DNA of 64,000 nucleotides from assembly GCF_009914755.1 (NCBI RefSeq), contig NC_060931.1; one strand, written 5' to 3'. This stretch comes from the human T2T-CHM13v2.0 reference genome, Homo sapiens. Position numbers and translations under genes: made by a program. The first letter of the stretch is position 1; each line of letters starts with the position of its first letter. The notes below the pieces were generated by a model. The model was not told where the DNA came from, did not search any database, and saw nothing but the letters and a program-made list of their open reading frames with translations. Positions 16,326-32,833 of the stretch are shown here, one piece after another.

Positions 16326-16664
16326 AATGTAATTTTGTCTAATTCAGAAGGTTTTAAGGATTGTCCTAACCTAAAAGAATAACGGGAGAAAACTGAAGGT
16401 TTAAACAAGCTGTAAATTGTGAAAGATTGATCTTGTAAAGGAAGTTCTGTGAGTATGAGCAAGTTGGCTAAAATTTGAAGGATATTTTTCAATTCGTCTG
16501 TAAATTCAGTATTAAAATAAAGCCACACCTAATTCAGAGCCAGAATCTGGGCCCATGTGTCTGGATAACAGGGTATTCTTGGAGCATTGATTTTTTCTTT
16601 AACAAAATATTGTAAAGGCTTATAAAAGGTTTATGGGAATTTTACCTTATGGTCAACTAATTAA

Positions 16665-17289
<625 letters not shown>

Positions 17290-17726
17290 TTTTATTAAGA
17301 ATAGTACACTAATGCAAAGATGCAATTTGGCTTTCTCTTTTGAACAAGATTTTCATGTAATTACTAAAAGATAATGAAAGGTTTTTTTTGTTTGTTTGTT
17401 TGTTTGTTTTTGGTTTTGCCTTTTAAATAAACAATCAAAAAAAAAAAGAGAAGGGAGAGAGAGAAAAGTCAGATTCGGGTTGGCCTCATGCTGTCTTTAT
17501 TGGGTCTTGTGTGGAAAGTTGAGTTTACCCTCTGTCAACAAGCAACATTTTTGCTTTTTAAAAATTTCTGAGCTGCCACCACAGCTACCGCAGCCTCTGG
17601 GAGCCTAGAAAAGGGGAATGAGAACAGTGAATGACTCAGTCCCCTGATGGCAGTGGTGGTGGTTGTGGCCAGGGAGACATGATGATGAGGTGGGGGCGCT
17701 GCTGCTGCGAGGAGCAGGCAATGATG

Positions 17727-17770
17727 TGGTGGGGGTGGGGGTGGGGCCGGGGCGGGGTGTTGGGGGGTGG
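17727..17770 (+). other. G-quadruplex-forming motif in the pseudogene 5' UTR
   Basis: GGGGGTGGGGGTGGGGCCGGGGCGGGGTGTTGGGGGG: six G-runs of 4 or more. Confidence 0.7.
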
Positions 17771-18358
17771 CACAGGAATAAAAAGAAAAAGAATCACCAA
17801 AAACAGGGAAAAGTGGAAAAAGTTTAAAAGGACAAGACACAGTAAGATCAGAGCAAACTTCCTTCAGGAAAAATAGCCTTGTTGCTGTCCCATCTACAGT
17901 ATCTGCTAAAATTAATGTACCAATCTCTCAGCCCATAGCCAAGAAAGACAAACAGCAAAATTCGTCAAGGTTTAGCACAAGCAATAATAAAGAACTTCAA
18001 ACACTACCATCTTTAAATGATGTTCCTCCTGCTGATCAAGAGACACTTTTTATTTGGAAGTTACATCAGTGTTGTGTCCTCTTCCACTTTGTTTCTGATC
18101 CATGAAATGACTTAAAGTGGAAGGAAGAACAATGAGCTACTTTAAGTGAAATGGAAGAATTTATCACCCATCATTGGAATAGGATCACAGAGCCTGTTTA
18201 CCCAGAAGTAGTCCATATGTTTGAAGTTGACATGTTTCAAACATTACCACCTTCTATCGTCCAGGAGCTGAATCTGGCCCAGAGAAAAACAAACCAATGT
18301 TAGAAGCAACTTGGCCCCATTTACAGCTCGTTTATGAATTTTTCTTCAGATTTTTAGA

Positions 18359-18708
<350 letters not shown>

Positions 18709-18765
18709 TCAGAAGTTTGTATTGCAGCTTTTAGAGTGCTTTGACAGTGAAGATCCTCAGGGAAG

Positions 18766-19088
18766 TTTTTTGTTGTTGTTTAGTTTTTTGTTTGTTTGTT
18801 TTGAGACCGAGTTTTGCTCTCTCACCCAGGCTGGAGTGCAGTGGCACAATTATAGTTCACTGACTGCAACCTCCGCTTCCCAGGTTCAAGCAATTCTCCC
18901 ACCTCAGCCTCCTGAGTAACTGGGACTACAGGCACGTGCCACCACACCTGGCTAATTTTAGTATTTTTTTTACAGAGACAGGGTTTCACCATGTTGCTCA
19001 GGCTGGTCTTGAACACTTGGCCTCAAGTGATCTACCCACCTCACTCTCCCAAAGTGCTGAGATTACAGGTGTAAGCCACGTGCCTGGC
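18766..19088 (-). mobile_element. AluJb/Sz-like inside the PPP2R5C retrocopy
   Basis: Reverse dimer interrupting the DSEDP|RERDFLK codons. Confidence 0.9.
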
Positions 19089-22000
19089 CTGGGAGAGAGC
19101 TTTTTCTAAAATCAGCCTTTGCAGAATCTATGGGAAATTCTTGGGCTTGAGAGCTTATATCAGAAAACAGATACATAATATATTTTATAGGTTTATTTAT
19201 GAAACAGAGCATCATGATGACATAGCAGAGTTACTAGATATATTGGGAAATATGATTAATGGATTTGTTTTACCACTAAAAGAAGAGCACAGATTTTCTT
19301 AGTCAAGGTGCTATACCTTTGCACAAAGTGAAATCTCTGAGAGTCTACCATCCCCAGCTGGCATATTGTGTAGTACAGTTTTTAGAAAAGGATAGCACCC
19401 TCACTGCATCAATGGTGATGGCACTTCTCAAATATGGGCCAAAGACTTACAGTCCAAAAGAAGTAATTTTCTTAAACAAATTAGAAGAAATTTTAGATAT
19501 AATTGAACCATTGGAATTTGGAAGATCATGGAACCTCTCTTCTGGCAGCTAGCCAAATGTGTCTCCAGCTCACACTTCCAGGTGGCAGAGCAAGCGCTCT
19601 ATTACCGGAATAATGAATACATTATGAGCTTAATCAGTAACAGCGCAGCAAAGATTCTGCTGATCATGTTTCCATGCTTGTACTGCAATTCAAAGACCCA
19701 TTGGAACAAGACAATACATGGCTTGATATCCAACACACTGAAGCTCTTCATGCAGATGAACCAAAAGCTATTTAATGACTGTACCTAACTGTTCAAAGCA
19801 GAGAAACTGAAAGAGAAGCTAAAAATGAAAGAACAGGAAGAAGCATTGGTTAAAATAGAAAATCTAACCAAAGCCAATCACCAGGTACTAAAAAAGAGAG
19901 TAACATGAAAATGTCCAGGGTGTTACTTGAATGTTTTCATAAGATAGGAATATATCTTCATCCTGAGAAGGAGGGATATCATTGGCTAAATAAATGACAT
20001 ATAGTGACCTGGGATTCTATTTTGTAATAGTAAGTGTTTAAACCTTTGATATTTGACAAACTTTCCAAAGTCAACTTCTAAATTAAGCTTTTTCTTTGAT
20101 CTGGCTAACTCTTTTAGATATTAGGTACCCTAAAGTCCAAAAGAGACATATTTGGCTTATTTGGCATACTAAAACCATACAAAAAATATTGCCAAATATA
20201 AAATGGTGTTTAAACTTTCTTTGGGTCATATTCATATAAATATATTATTAGCATGTGTTCCAAAATTGTATAGGATTCCCATAATTCTGATATGTCCTAT
20301 AATTCTGATATGTCTATATATTATCAGTAACAATTATAATTGTTATGTTAAATTGTTTTGTGCCATAAGGTGATCAGACTTTAACCACAGCTGTTCTGAG
20401 ACTTTAGCCCCTCACTCGGCCTGGGCAGCCCCTCCCCTGACCCTGCCACGAGCAACCCCCTTGCTCCAGTACTCTTCAGGCCCCGGTGGCCTGGTGTTCA
20501 TTTTGCAGGCCTGAGTGGCGGTGAGCAGAGTTATTTGTTAGGCTAGGGGAGAGAGGTGGCAATCCCCAAAGGAAAGGGAGCCTCAAACCCCTCTGTATGC
20601 AGTTGCCAATTGTTATTTCACTCTGATTCTTTTCATAGGCAGTTTTATAATCAGCTATAGGACTCTGAGAGTTGCCCTGGAATTTAAGTTTCTGATAACT
20701 TTGAAAATTGTGACATTAGAATAGAGGGAAAAACTTCCAAGACTGCCATAGAGAGTTAATGTGTTCATAAATGTCAAGCAGGACAGGAGTTAATTACATA
20801 GACTGAACTAATGGAAGACCAAAATAGTCTTTTTACAACTTTTTGTTTGAAACATTGCTAATTCTTTTGTTTCACAGAGTTCAGAAAACCTTTTGTCTTT
20901 TGTACTGTTTGCAGCTTTTAGCAACTGGGTAAATTACATTCTTGAGAGTAAAATTTAGAGCGTATTTCTTTCTGTCTACCTGGTTTCCTCAGAATTTGAA
21001 AACTATTTGTAAGTGTACTTAATTTATGGCAGTATAGTTGTTTGCACAAGTTCAATAAGAATCTTTTTTCTTTTGTAACAAGACACCATTGGAGACCCTG
21101 GTGATTTTACCAAGGCTTTGACTAGAGTGGCATACTTTCAGGTATAAACAGACTGCTTTAAGTAATCACAGTTGACTTATAGAGCCAATAAAAGCCCCTT
21201 GGGAAAACTGGCCTCATACCTTGTCTACACAGTCCTTGTATAGAGTTCCTCACCTGTGGTAAGTAAAGAATGTCACCTGACAGGTCCAGGAGCCCCAAAT
21301 TACCTTGGGGCCTTAAGGAGAGGAATTCCCCCAACTCATATAAGTATTTGCAGGTACAGATAAATCCATGACTGGGCTCAAGTCTTTAAAAATCTAATCT
21401 GAGATTCCTTATGGAATAAAGGAATCAAACACTACCAGCAAAGTCAATTTTAGAAAGAGTCTATGTGGCAAGTAATAATTCTTGCTATACTTTATGCAAA
21501 TATTCAGGCCACAGATGATAAGACTGAAATTTATTATGCAAATAAATTGGTTCTACAATGACTTGTCTTTAGTAAAAATAACTAGAGAGAAAAAAATATG
21601 TTTTAGAAAAAAAACATAGCACACCTGTTGTTAGAGTCTAGTTGTGTTCACTGTTTGTTTGTGAGTTTTTATTTTCTGCAATTTGGACTGAATCCTGAAT
21701 TCCATCCAGGCTTCAAGTCCCAAATTATTGCTTGAAAATTTTTCTGACTTGGAATCAATGAAATTACTACTACATTATTCCTTGTAATATAGATGAGAAA
21801 GACATGTCAGACTACCACAGCCTTCCTCTTCTGTAACTAAAGATGCTTTGAGTCTAACATCTGAATAAATTGTGCTCAGTGTTAACCTTTGTTTTTCTTC
21901 TGTCTCCATAGAAATGACTCTTATTAATAATCTGTTTGCCTTTATCACATGTAGAGGCCTAGCCCACCTGCAATGCCACCTCCTGGATGGGACACAGATA

Positions 22001-22094
22001 TTTAACTAAACTGATCCATTCTCAAGAACTAGACAGTGCTTATGACAATGTTCATGAGTATTCATAGCTCTTCCTGTAACCTGTTAAATACATA

Positions 22095-22260
22095 TTTAGC
22101 CAACCTGTCATTATATCCAGTTATGATGGGCAGTGGACAACCTGTATGATAATTAAGACTAACTGCTGTGTATACATCCCAGTAAATTTGGGAAATGTCT
22201 CAGATAGCCCTGCAAGATACATACCAACAAATCAAAGCTTTGTCTGACTCCACATTGTCA
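22095..22260 (+). pseudogene. env TM remnant of provirus A
   Basis: 22143-22181 reads CMIIKTNCCVYIP, the gamma-type CX6CC motif. Confidence 0.75.
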
Positions 22261-24233
22261 CTAGACCAGTGATTACTGTCCTGACTCAGGTCAGTACCAT
22301 CCTGGTAGCAAAAGCTGGCTGTAACATTCGCCCTGATTTCAAGGATAGGCATATCCCTCTGTTGTGGAGTTTACTGCTGCTGCACCCTCCATATGGGAAT
22401 GCGAGACGGGCTTTCCCCAGAGACTTTCCGGAACTTGCACCATAATGGTCCAACGAATATCATCTGTAAAGTCCAGGTATTCATGAATATTTCCAAATCC
22501 AAACAGATCAATTCCATACCAATACCCAATAACTACACTGTCTTTCAGCAGGAAGTAGCCAGAATAAATACAGTACCCCAATTTCACAGAGATGGAAGGG
22601 AATTTGGTAGTGGGGAATTGTAACCAAGTACTCCCATTTTCCTAAGAAATAGTTTATTTGTTTTCTTTCTCTCCTTTTCTTTTTCCTCCTTTCCCCACTT
22701 TTTACTTAGTCCTTTAGAAATGCAGATTTCTAAATTTTAATAGCCTTTTACCTCCCCTTCACCAGACATTCCCTACAGGGCAAATTCACCTAACTATATG
22801 CTTAGGAGCTCCAGGAAGGAAATCTCACCCACCAGGAGGTTGCCTCGAGAGATAACAGTCAATTTACAACCCAAACTATGCCTGCCCATGGAGACACCAG
22901 CAGTCACCAGCTCGATCACCTGGTAGATATGGCACTAAGCTAACATGCCAACCCCTCACCTGCTCACTTCCTCCCACCCCTTGTGCCATTAATGCTAAGC
23001 CCCCTTTAATAGTGCTTGCTTTCTGATCCAAAAGAAAAGTGGTACCCTCAGGCAGGAAGCGTTATAACTTCTTCCCCTAAGCTAGCTTCAGAATAAAATA
23101 TCACTTTCTTTATACCAGACCTCACTCTTATTCAATGGACTCTGTTGGCAGTGAGCAGCTGAGCCTCCACTTTGGTTATAAGACTACAGGGCATGCCACC
23201 ATGCCCAGCTAATTTTTAAATTCTTTTGGTAGAGGTGGGGTCTCACTATGTTGCCCAGGGTGGTCTCAAACACCTGGCTTCATGTGATTCTCCCACCTTG
23301 ACTTTCCAAAGTGCTGGGATTACAGATGTGAGCCACTGGGCTCTGCCTGTATTTTGGCTTTTTAACTTAACTTATTTCCTATGTAGATAACTGGTTTTCG
23401 GTAAGGAAAGGGCCAGGAAAGCATGCAGCTTTAATATTTAAATATGCAACAAGTAGGCAAAGCTGGAAGGCAGAACACAGATGCCCCAAAATCAAGGATC
23501 CCATTTTACATTGAATCTTGGGTCCCCAAAAAGAGGGGGATACAGTGGAATGTGACAGTGCAATGCTTTTACAATACACTCCACTGCAGGGACATTCTCC
23601 CAAGATTGGTGGACAGCTCAACACTGATCAGCCCACTGTGTGATCAGGCCATCCCCCATGGGAGTCTTATCCCTTATTGGGGAGTGGGGGTATTTACGTA
23701 GCTTTTAAATACCCAAAAGCACATTTTCCCCCTCCAAATGTGCCACAAAATAAGTAGCACCTTGGAGTAATAACCATTCACTATAAGTAACTACCACTAG
23801 CCATCTCTAAGAGTGTATCTCTTACTTAACTATTACATACACCAAGGTTATTTTTGCGCAATGCAAAGTAATTTCTGGTACCCCAAAAAGCCAAAAAGAC
23901 CACATAACACAATACAGAAAGAACAGTTTTAGATCTGAGAGGACTATGTCCATTTACAACTTGGGATTCCCAGAGGAAAAAAAAGCAGGTGCTCCCAAAA
24001 AGGAGTCTGTGGCACCTTTTTCTGTTTTTCTTAAGGGTTCTCGGGCTGTTAGAATTTACAATATATGAAGAATAGGGTGAAATAAAACTAACTTGAAGAA
24101 CAATTTTTAAGAAAAGGAAGTGAACATAGAAACCAAACACATGAGTTCTTTAAAAAGGTTTCAGTCATCTGAAAAAAAAAAATTCCCAAAAATAGAATAA
24201 AAAAAAAGGGAAGAAAAGTATAAGGCCTTTTAA

Positions 24234-24234
<1 letters not shown>

Positions 24235-24281
<47 letters not shown>

Positions 24282-24330
24282 ATATATATATGTGTATATA
24301 TTTATAGAGAGAGAGAGAGACAGAGAGAGA
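24235..24330. repeat. Compound (CA)n/(TA)n/(GA)n microsatellite
   Basis: Direct reading. Confidence 0.95.
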
Positions 24331-24732
24331 ACACTTGAATATCAGCTTTTAATTAAGCTGATTTTTAGCCACAGAGCTCTTTAAAAAAACAATTCTTTCA
24401 AGTCTCCTGTTACCAGATTTTACCCAGGACAACAGCCGATATTTTTGGCTTTTGAGTTTCTTTACCAAAGGTATCTTTCTAAGGGTCTCAATCAAAATTA
24501 TGACTTAATCATGGGTGCACGAGTTATCTCCAAAGAGGTGGCAAACAATTTTTACACGATCCAGAATCACCCTAGAGATAGCTCAGAGAAAGGAAAACAC
24601 AGGACGAGAAATCGGAAACTGTCCATGGAAGGAAAAAGGATCAATAAATGGCAATTCCCTGGCTGGGTATTGAACCCACGCAGCATTAGTCAAATGGGAG
24701 AGACTTAGCTACTGTACTACGGCATGGGGTGG

Positions 24733-25154
24733 TGCATTAGCCTGTATTTGCATTGCTATAAAGAAATACCTGAGGCTGGGTAATTTATAAAGAAAAGAGG
24801 TTTGATTGGCTCATGGCTCTGCGGGCTTTAAAGGAAGCATGGTGCTGGCATCTACTTCCGGTGAGGCCTCAGGACACTTACAATGATGATAGAAGGTGAT
24901 AGGGAGCCAGCATGTCACATGCCAAGAGTGAGTGAGAGAGAGAGAGAGAAAGAAGAGAGATCCTAGACTCTTTTAAACAACCAGAACTTGCATGAACTAA
25001 GAACTCACTTATCACCAAGGGAATGGTGTTCAACTCTTCATGGGGGATCTGCTCCTATAATCCAATCACCCTCCCTCCGCCCAGGTCCCACCTCCAACTT
25101 TGAGAATCACATTCAGCGTGAGATTTGGAGAGGACAAACATCCAAACCACATCA
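24733..25154 (-). mobile_element. MSTB-type MaLR solo LTR
   Basis: TGCATTAGCC...GCTATAAAGAAATACCTGAGGCTGGG...GGACAAACATCCAAACCACATCA; TSD GGTGG/GGTGC. Confidence 0.88.
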
Positions 25155-25554
25155 GGTGCTCTCCACTGATCTTCCCGGAGGGAATGTAGAGCAGGCAGTT
25201 TTGAACTTGCAAAAGATTTTAACTTTCAGGTCAAAACTTTTTTTTTTCACTCTTTTTAATTTTATCAAGAGAATTTCTAAGGCTAGCCATGATACTAGCC
25301 TATGTCCTTTTAAAATTTTTGATTTTCCCATTAATTATTTAGAATAAGAAATGTATAAAATCTTTTTTATTTTCAGTGGTGTACTTAGTTCCAATAGTAA
25401 CTCAATGCAAAAGCCTCTTGAAAGCCCAGGTGGTAACTTTCCAGGTTTTTTTCTACATAAGCAAGAGGTATTCCTGGGGAGGGCGTCGAGGAAGCAATCC
25501 CCATGATCATTAAAAACTTACTCTCAGAAATAGACTTAAAGTAACAAAAGACAA

Positions 25555-26029
25555 TGTGAAAGGAGAATAAATACTTGGGGCCCTAATTCATTATGCCAAA
25601 AGAAAAAAATTATCCTGAAAGCTGAGTCATGTAAGATGTTGCCTTGCCTTTTGTTCCTAAGCAGATAGCTGCAGATAAAAGGTTAATCATCTCCTCAGGC
25701 AGCTACTCTATGTTCACCTTATCTTATGTAAAGTGCTGATTTACTGATCATGAGATAAATACATAATTGTATACATAAATTGAATGCATAAATTCCCCTG
25801 CCTGCTGCTTTTCTCTTGCAACATGTGGATTACCATACCCTCCCTCTTTCCCCTCCAGCCCACTTTTCCCCTTTAAAAACTGAAGCCCTCAAAATCACAG
25901 CTAGAGAAAGGCACAGACCACAGACTGTTTCTGTGATTCCATGTTTATTTCTTCCAAGGATGTCCTTAACCTTGGCAAAATAAACTTCTAAATTGATTGA
26001 GACCTGTCTCAGATACTTTTTGGTTTACA
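25555..26029 (+). mobile_element. MER4A/MER4A1 solo LTR
   Basis: TGTGAAAGGA...AATAAACTTCTAAATTGATTGAGACC...GGTTTACA; homologous to 27787-28209. Confidence 0.8.
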
Positions 26030-26187
26030 CAACAGAAGCCCCATAGAGACGGGACCTTTTAAGACAAAACTCCCCTAAGAGCTTGACACCCTTGAGATGA
26101 AGAGTGTGCTGCTTAAAATATTACATCTTGGACTCCCTGTCCTTTCAGACTGGTCCCCTGATATGAACCCAAAAATTCATGCCCTCT

Positions 26188-26525
26188 TCCTGGACACAGT
26201 GTAATGCCTGTAATCCCAGCACTTTGGGAGGCTGAGGCAGGATCCAGTCACCTCCCATCAGGCCCCACCTCCAACATTGAGCCCAGGAGTTCGAGACCAG
26301 CCTGGGCAACATAATGAGATACCATCTCTACACAAAATCAAAAAAAATTAGCCAGGCATTGTGGCACGTGCCCATAATCCAAATTACTTGGGGAGCTGAG
26401 GTGGAAGGATCACTTGAGCCGATGAGGTCAAAGCTTTGGTGAGTCATGATCACACCACTGCACTCCAGCCTGGATGACAGAATGAGATCTTGTGTCAAAA
26501 ATAAAAGTTAAAATTTAAAAAAAAA
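26188..26525 (+). mobile_element. AluJ with an internal MST-like patch
   Basis: Alu dimer; 26242-26276 is non-Alu. Confidence 0.85.
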
Positions 26526-27121
26526 TCATGCAGTCCGGATGGCAGAGACCAAGAGAGGGTACCCCCATCTAGTCACAAGATCAAGCTCTCAAGGCCATAA
26601 AACAAGATGAGAGGGGACTCTCATCTGATTTTTATTTCTGGGACCTACAGCAAAGTTTGTCTTTACAGATGACAACATAGAACTGTGAAAACTGATGAGT
26701 CTGCAGGCTCTTGAACAGTGGGTTTAAAGGGGTTCTAGGCTCATGTTCTCCCCTACGGTACCCCTCTTTATGACGGAACAACCCAGAAAGAAAAAGACAA
26801 AGGAAAAGAGCAACAAAAAAAGCTATTTCTGCGAGGGAAGTGGGTCAAACAGTATGAATATTCATACCACATGTACACCAGAGTCACTACAACCCAAGGC
26901 TTGTCACACAAATTCTTTTTTCCCATTGATCAAAACCATGTAGAGGAGACAACCAGTGATTTTTACCATCTCATCAGCTGGAGTGCACAGAGGGAGAGAG
27001 GCCCCCTGGCTGGTAAGAAATTCTTACCCCTTTGCTTCCGGGTTCCGGGTAAAGGAATCCTTTGCCCAGGTTCCTGGTTTCTCTTCAATGCAGCTTCCAG
27101 GACAGAAGCATAGCTTTGACC

Positions 27122-27139
27122 ATCCTGCTCACACTGCCA
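27122..27139 (-). promoter_or_regulatory. Primer-binding site of provirus B, tRNA-Ser(CGA)-like
   Basis: Minus strand TGGCAGTGTGAGCAGGAT vs TGGCGCTGTGAGCAGGAT (16/18), abutting the LTR. Confidence 0.7.
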
Positions 27140-29478
27140 TGTTGTGGGGGCTATGGCCATTCACCCACTAAAGGTTCATTGAAAAATCACTGGCATGAAG
27201 CAGACTGATTAAGAGGAGAAAAGACATAAAAATTAATTCAATGTGTCTACATAGGAGCCTTCAGAATGAAGACCCAACTTCCCAGTGAGTAATAGAAACT
27301 TTTTGAGTTATAGAAACTTATATACTGTCTTGAAGTTATACAAAGAATGGGGGCTTGTACCCTGGTAACATAGATTATGGGAGCAGGTAGAAGAGGAATT
27401 CCACTGAGGGGCGATAAATAATTGATAGGGAGAATGATTGGATTGGGGAGCAGAGATCAACTTGCAAATCATTTTCTTTGGAATTTAAATGATCCTTGGA
27501 GACAGTCTTTATACCGTCTTCTCAGGTATGGTCACATCTGGGTCTTTTCTGCAATAGATAATGAGATAACGGAGCGGAAGAAAGAACTGTCCTCCTTGCT
27601 GGATCCGGATCCTAGGCAGATAAAGGAACGTCAGCTTCTTTGGGAGAGGCAGTGGAGGACAGGGGAAGGTCAAAGAGACCTTGAGGCTTTTTCAGTTCAG
27701 CAAGTCAAAATGCCATACTTGGAGGTATTGGTTTCTGAGCCCCAAACAGCTTTATATTTTTACTTTTCACATTTAAATATATGATCTGTGAAAGGAAAGT
27801 AGAAAGTTGGGATCCCAACTCACTCTGCCAAAAGAAAAAAAAATTAACCTGAAAACTGAGTCATGCAAGAAGCTACTTTCCATTTTGTTACTAAGCAGCA
27901 AGCTACAGATAAGTTAAAAATCTCCACAAGTAGCTATTCTGTGGTCACCTTATGGTATAGTGAGCACAGGATGAATACATAATTGACTATTCCCCTACCT
28001 ACTTTTTTTCTCTTACAACATGTGGATTCAGTAATGTGACCATATCCTCCCTCTGTCTCCTCCAGCCTGCTTTTCCCCTTTAAGTACTGAAGCCCTCAAA
28101 ATCATCTTTGGAGAAAGAAACAGGCCTGTCTCCCAGGCACACATCCTTCACTTTGGCAAAATAAAGTTCTAATCAATTGAGACCTCTCTTGAATACTTTT
28201 TGGTTTATAAATTGGCAACCCAGGTAAGGGACTCTGAGTGGAGGTGTCCCTTACCTTTGACAAATCTCCTATTGGTGCTTGGTACCAGCGTGAACGAATA
28301 TCTTTATTGCTCAAACCAACAGGACATTTTGCTGAGGTCTGGGAGCTACTCCCCTCCACAGAATCCTTGATCTCCCCAAATTTGGTTGCGATTTAAGGTT
28401 TATTTTGCTGTACAACTCCTTTTTCTGGAGTTTTATTCACTTCCAACAAGAAGGCCAGCTTTTTTGCTTCCATGACGATGGAGAGCAGCCAACTCATTCC
28501 TGGAGCTTCAGCTCACTTCCAACAGGGAAGGAATGTTTGAGATTTTTCCTGCTTCTAAGATGGTAGAGCGCAGTCTTCAGCCTGGGCCCCATTCCTAGAT
28601 AAGTAGCTGAATTTGGGTTTTGTCTTGGAAATTCTCCTTAATGACTAAAGTTAACATTAACAACCAGCTGATCTTAATTTTTCCTTACCATTAGAGTATT
28701 CAGTTATTGTATAAATTATGCAATTGTTTGTTTTGCTAACTGTTTTTTGTTTCTGTTTTTGTTGTTGTTTTGATCTTTTTCCTTCGGGTTTGACCAACTC
28801 TACCCAACTTGATCAAGTCTGAAAAAAAGTTCCAAATTATGCGGAACAAAGCCTCTGAATTAGCTAAATTCCCATAGCCGGGGGGGAAAAAAAACGGCCA
28901 GCAAAAAAAGAAAGAGTTTTACTACTTGAGGGACTGCATTTGCATAACTAGGCCACCTTTTGCTAGCCAAGCCAAACTGATAGAGCAATGACTTCACATT
29001 GTAATCAGTAGCTAAGATTCCACCCTGTTTTTCACCATGACAGCCTGGGTTGGTTCCTAAATCAGGTTATCTCTGGCTTGACATTTCTGTTACTTTTGAA
29101 ATATCAGTAGTTTGTCCCAGCTAAAAAATGGTATTGAGATTTAAAAGGATTTTTTAAGAGCTCAAAGGTTAAAAGTCTGCTTAATTAAAAGCTAATATCC
29201 AAGATGTAAATGTGTCTCTGTGTGCATTTTCATATTTATATATTACCTATATAATATGTAATTCATATTTATATATTATCTATAATATAAAATTCATAAT
29301 ATAATATGTATAATGTATATATATATATTTAAAAGGCCTTTATGTTTTCTTTCTCTCTAGGGTCTTGTTTTTTGAGAAAAAGGTTTTTTTCTTCGCAGTT
29401 GACTGAATTATGTTTTCTCCATTTACTTCTACCTGTCTCTCCTTCCTCTTGCCACCCTCTGCTGCATGAGGGAACTAA

Positions 29479-29772
<294 letters not shown>

Positions 29773-29931
29773 TAAAATAATTTCTAACAGCCTGGGCTTC
29801 CTTGAAGAAAACAGAAGGTGCTAGACTCCTTTTTGGGGCAAAACCTCTGTTTTTTTTATGACCCCCAAGAGTTTAAACAGACAAAGTCCTCTCATATCAT
29901 AATCTGCTTGCTTTTGTATTGTGTTACCTGA

Positions 29932-30251
<320 letters not shown>

Positions 30252-30327
30252 TTACCTGATTTTTTTTTTTTTTTCTAAAATAGTTATTACAACAGGGATA
30301 CTCTTGGGTGTTTAACATAAGAAAGGG

Positions 30328-31138
<811 letters not shown>

Positions 31139-31290
31139 TAGGCAAATGGAGTAAATTCTTATAAATAAACTTGTCATATAATTTAGAATCTAAAATTACA
31201 TTGGATTAAATAATACTCATATGTCTGAGTCATTTCCAATTTTTTTTAGAAAAATTATAGGAAAATATTTTTCTAAAGAATTGTGCTCTT

Positions 31291-31573
31291 GCCTGGGTTT
31301 GGTGGCTCATGCCTACAATCCCAGCATTTTGGGAAACCAAGATAGGGGGATCACTTATGCTTAGGAGTTCAAGACCAGTCTGGCCAAATTGGTGAAACCC
31401 TGTCTCTACGAAAAATACAAAAATTAGCCAGGCGTGGTGGCATGCACCTGTAGTCCCAGCTATTCAGGAGGCCTAGGTGGGAGGACCAGTTGAGCCTGGG
31501 AGGTGGAGGTTGCAGTGATCTGAGATGGTACTACTGCACTCCAGCCTGTGGAGGCAAGACAGGGTCTGGCTGT

Positions 31574-31619
<46 letters not shown>

Positions 31620-31620
31620 A
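31291..31620 (+). mobile_element. AluJb-like with a (CA)n tail
   Basis: Dimer followed by a (CA)n tract at 31576-31618. Confidence 0.9.
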
Positions 31621-32069
31621 AATGTGTTCTTATTTAAAGGAAAATAATTTTTGTCTAATTAAAAGGTTATTTATGAAACAAGGTAAAAGGAACCAGTAAA
31701 TAAGAGAGATGTAAAGATGGTTATAGTTATAAAGAGACACTTTTTGGTAAGAAAGCTTAAAAGGAAAATAATTTTATATGAGAAAGAATCTTGTATGGTA
31801 AATTTTCTGTCCTACAATGACTAGTTATTTAAGAAAGAGGGATGTTTAGGAAAAAACAGGAAGCCCAAGCATGTCATAAATGTTTTATGTAAGTGGTAAT
31901 AAGGTTTGTAAAAAGAGGATTTATGAGAAAAAAACTTTATGTAATCGAGTTGGCTAGAATTAAAAGAAAATTATTTATGATAGTCTTTCTAAAAATTGGG
32001 CTTTCATATGAAAAAAACCCACGAATACACTAAAGAATTAGTTAGAACAACATTTTCTTAAAGTATTAA

Positions 32070-32405
<336 letters not shown>

Positions 32406-32800
32406 TGAGATTTTTATTTCTTTAACTCAAAAGTTCAACTTTTACTGCATCTCACTGTTTTTAGCTTTCTCTTCATTTTGAGAAGGATTTAGATAATTAC
32501 TCTCTCTCCTCCAAGTTTTTCATCAGTTCTTGTAACTTTTTTCCTCAGGTTCTAACTGCTGTTGTGGTCTGATGCTAAAAATGTTTTTCTTTAACAGTTT
32601 AAAGGAAATGTTGTCTTCTAAGATAACATTCTGTGCTCTTTGCTTTAAATTCTTCTATGAAACTTAAAATGTTCACTTATGACCCAGGACACACTATTCC
32701 TATGTCTAACTAATTCAAGTACACTTTTCGTGAGTTTTGACTTCCAGGTTATCTAAATGGACTCCCCATAGGGAAAAACAGTCACAGTGCAGATGCATTC

Positions 32801-32833
<33 letters not shown>

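Noticed and set aside
19319-19788. B56 ORFs as a functional PPP2R5C retrogene
   Set aside because: The start codon is lost, there are several stops and frameshifts, and two Alus interrupt the coding region.
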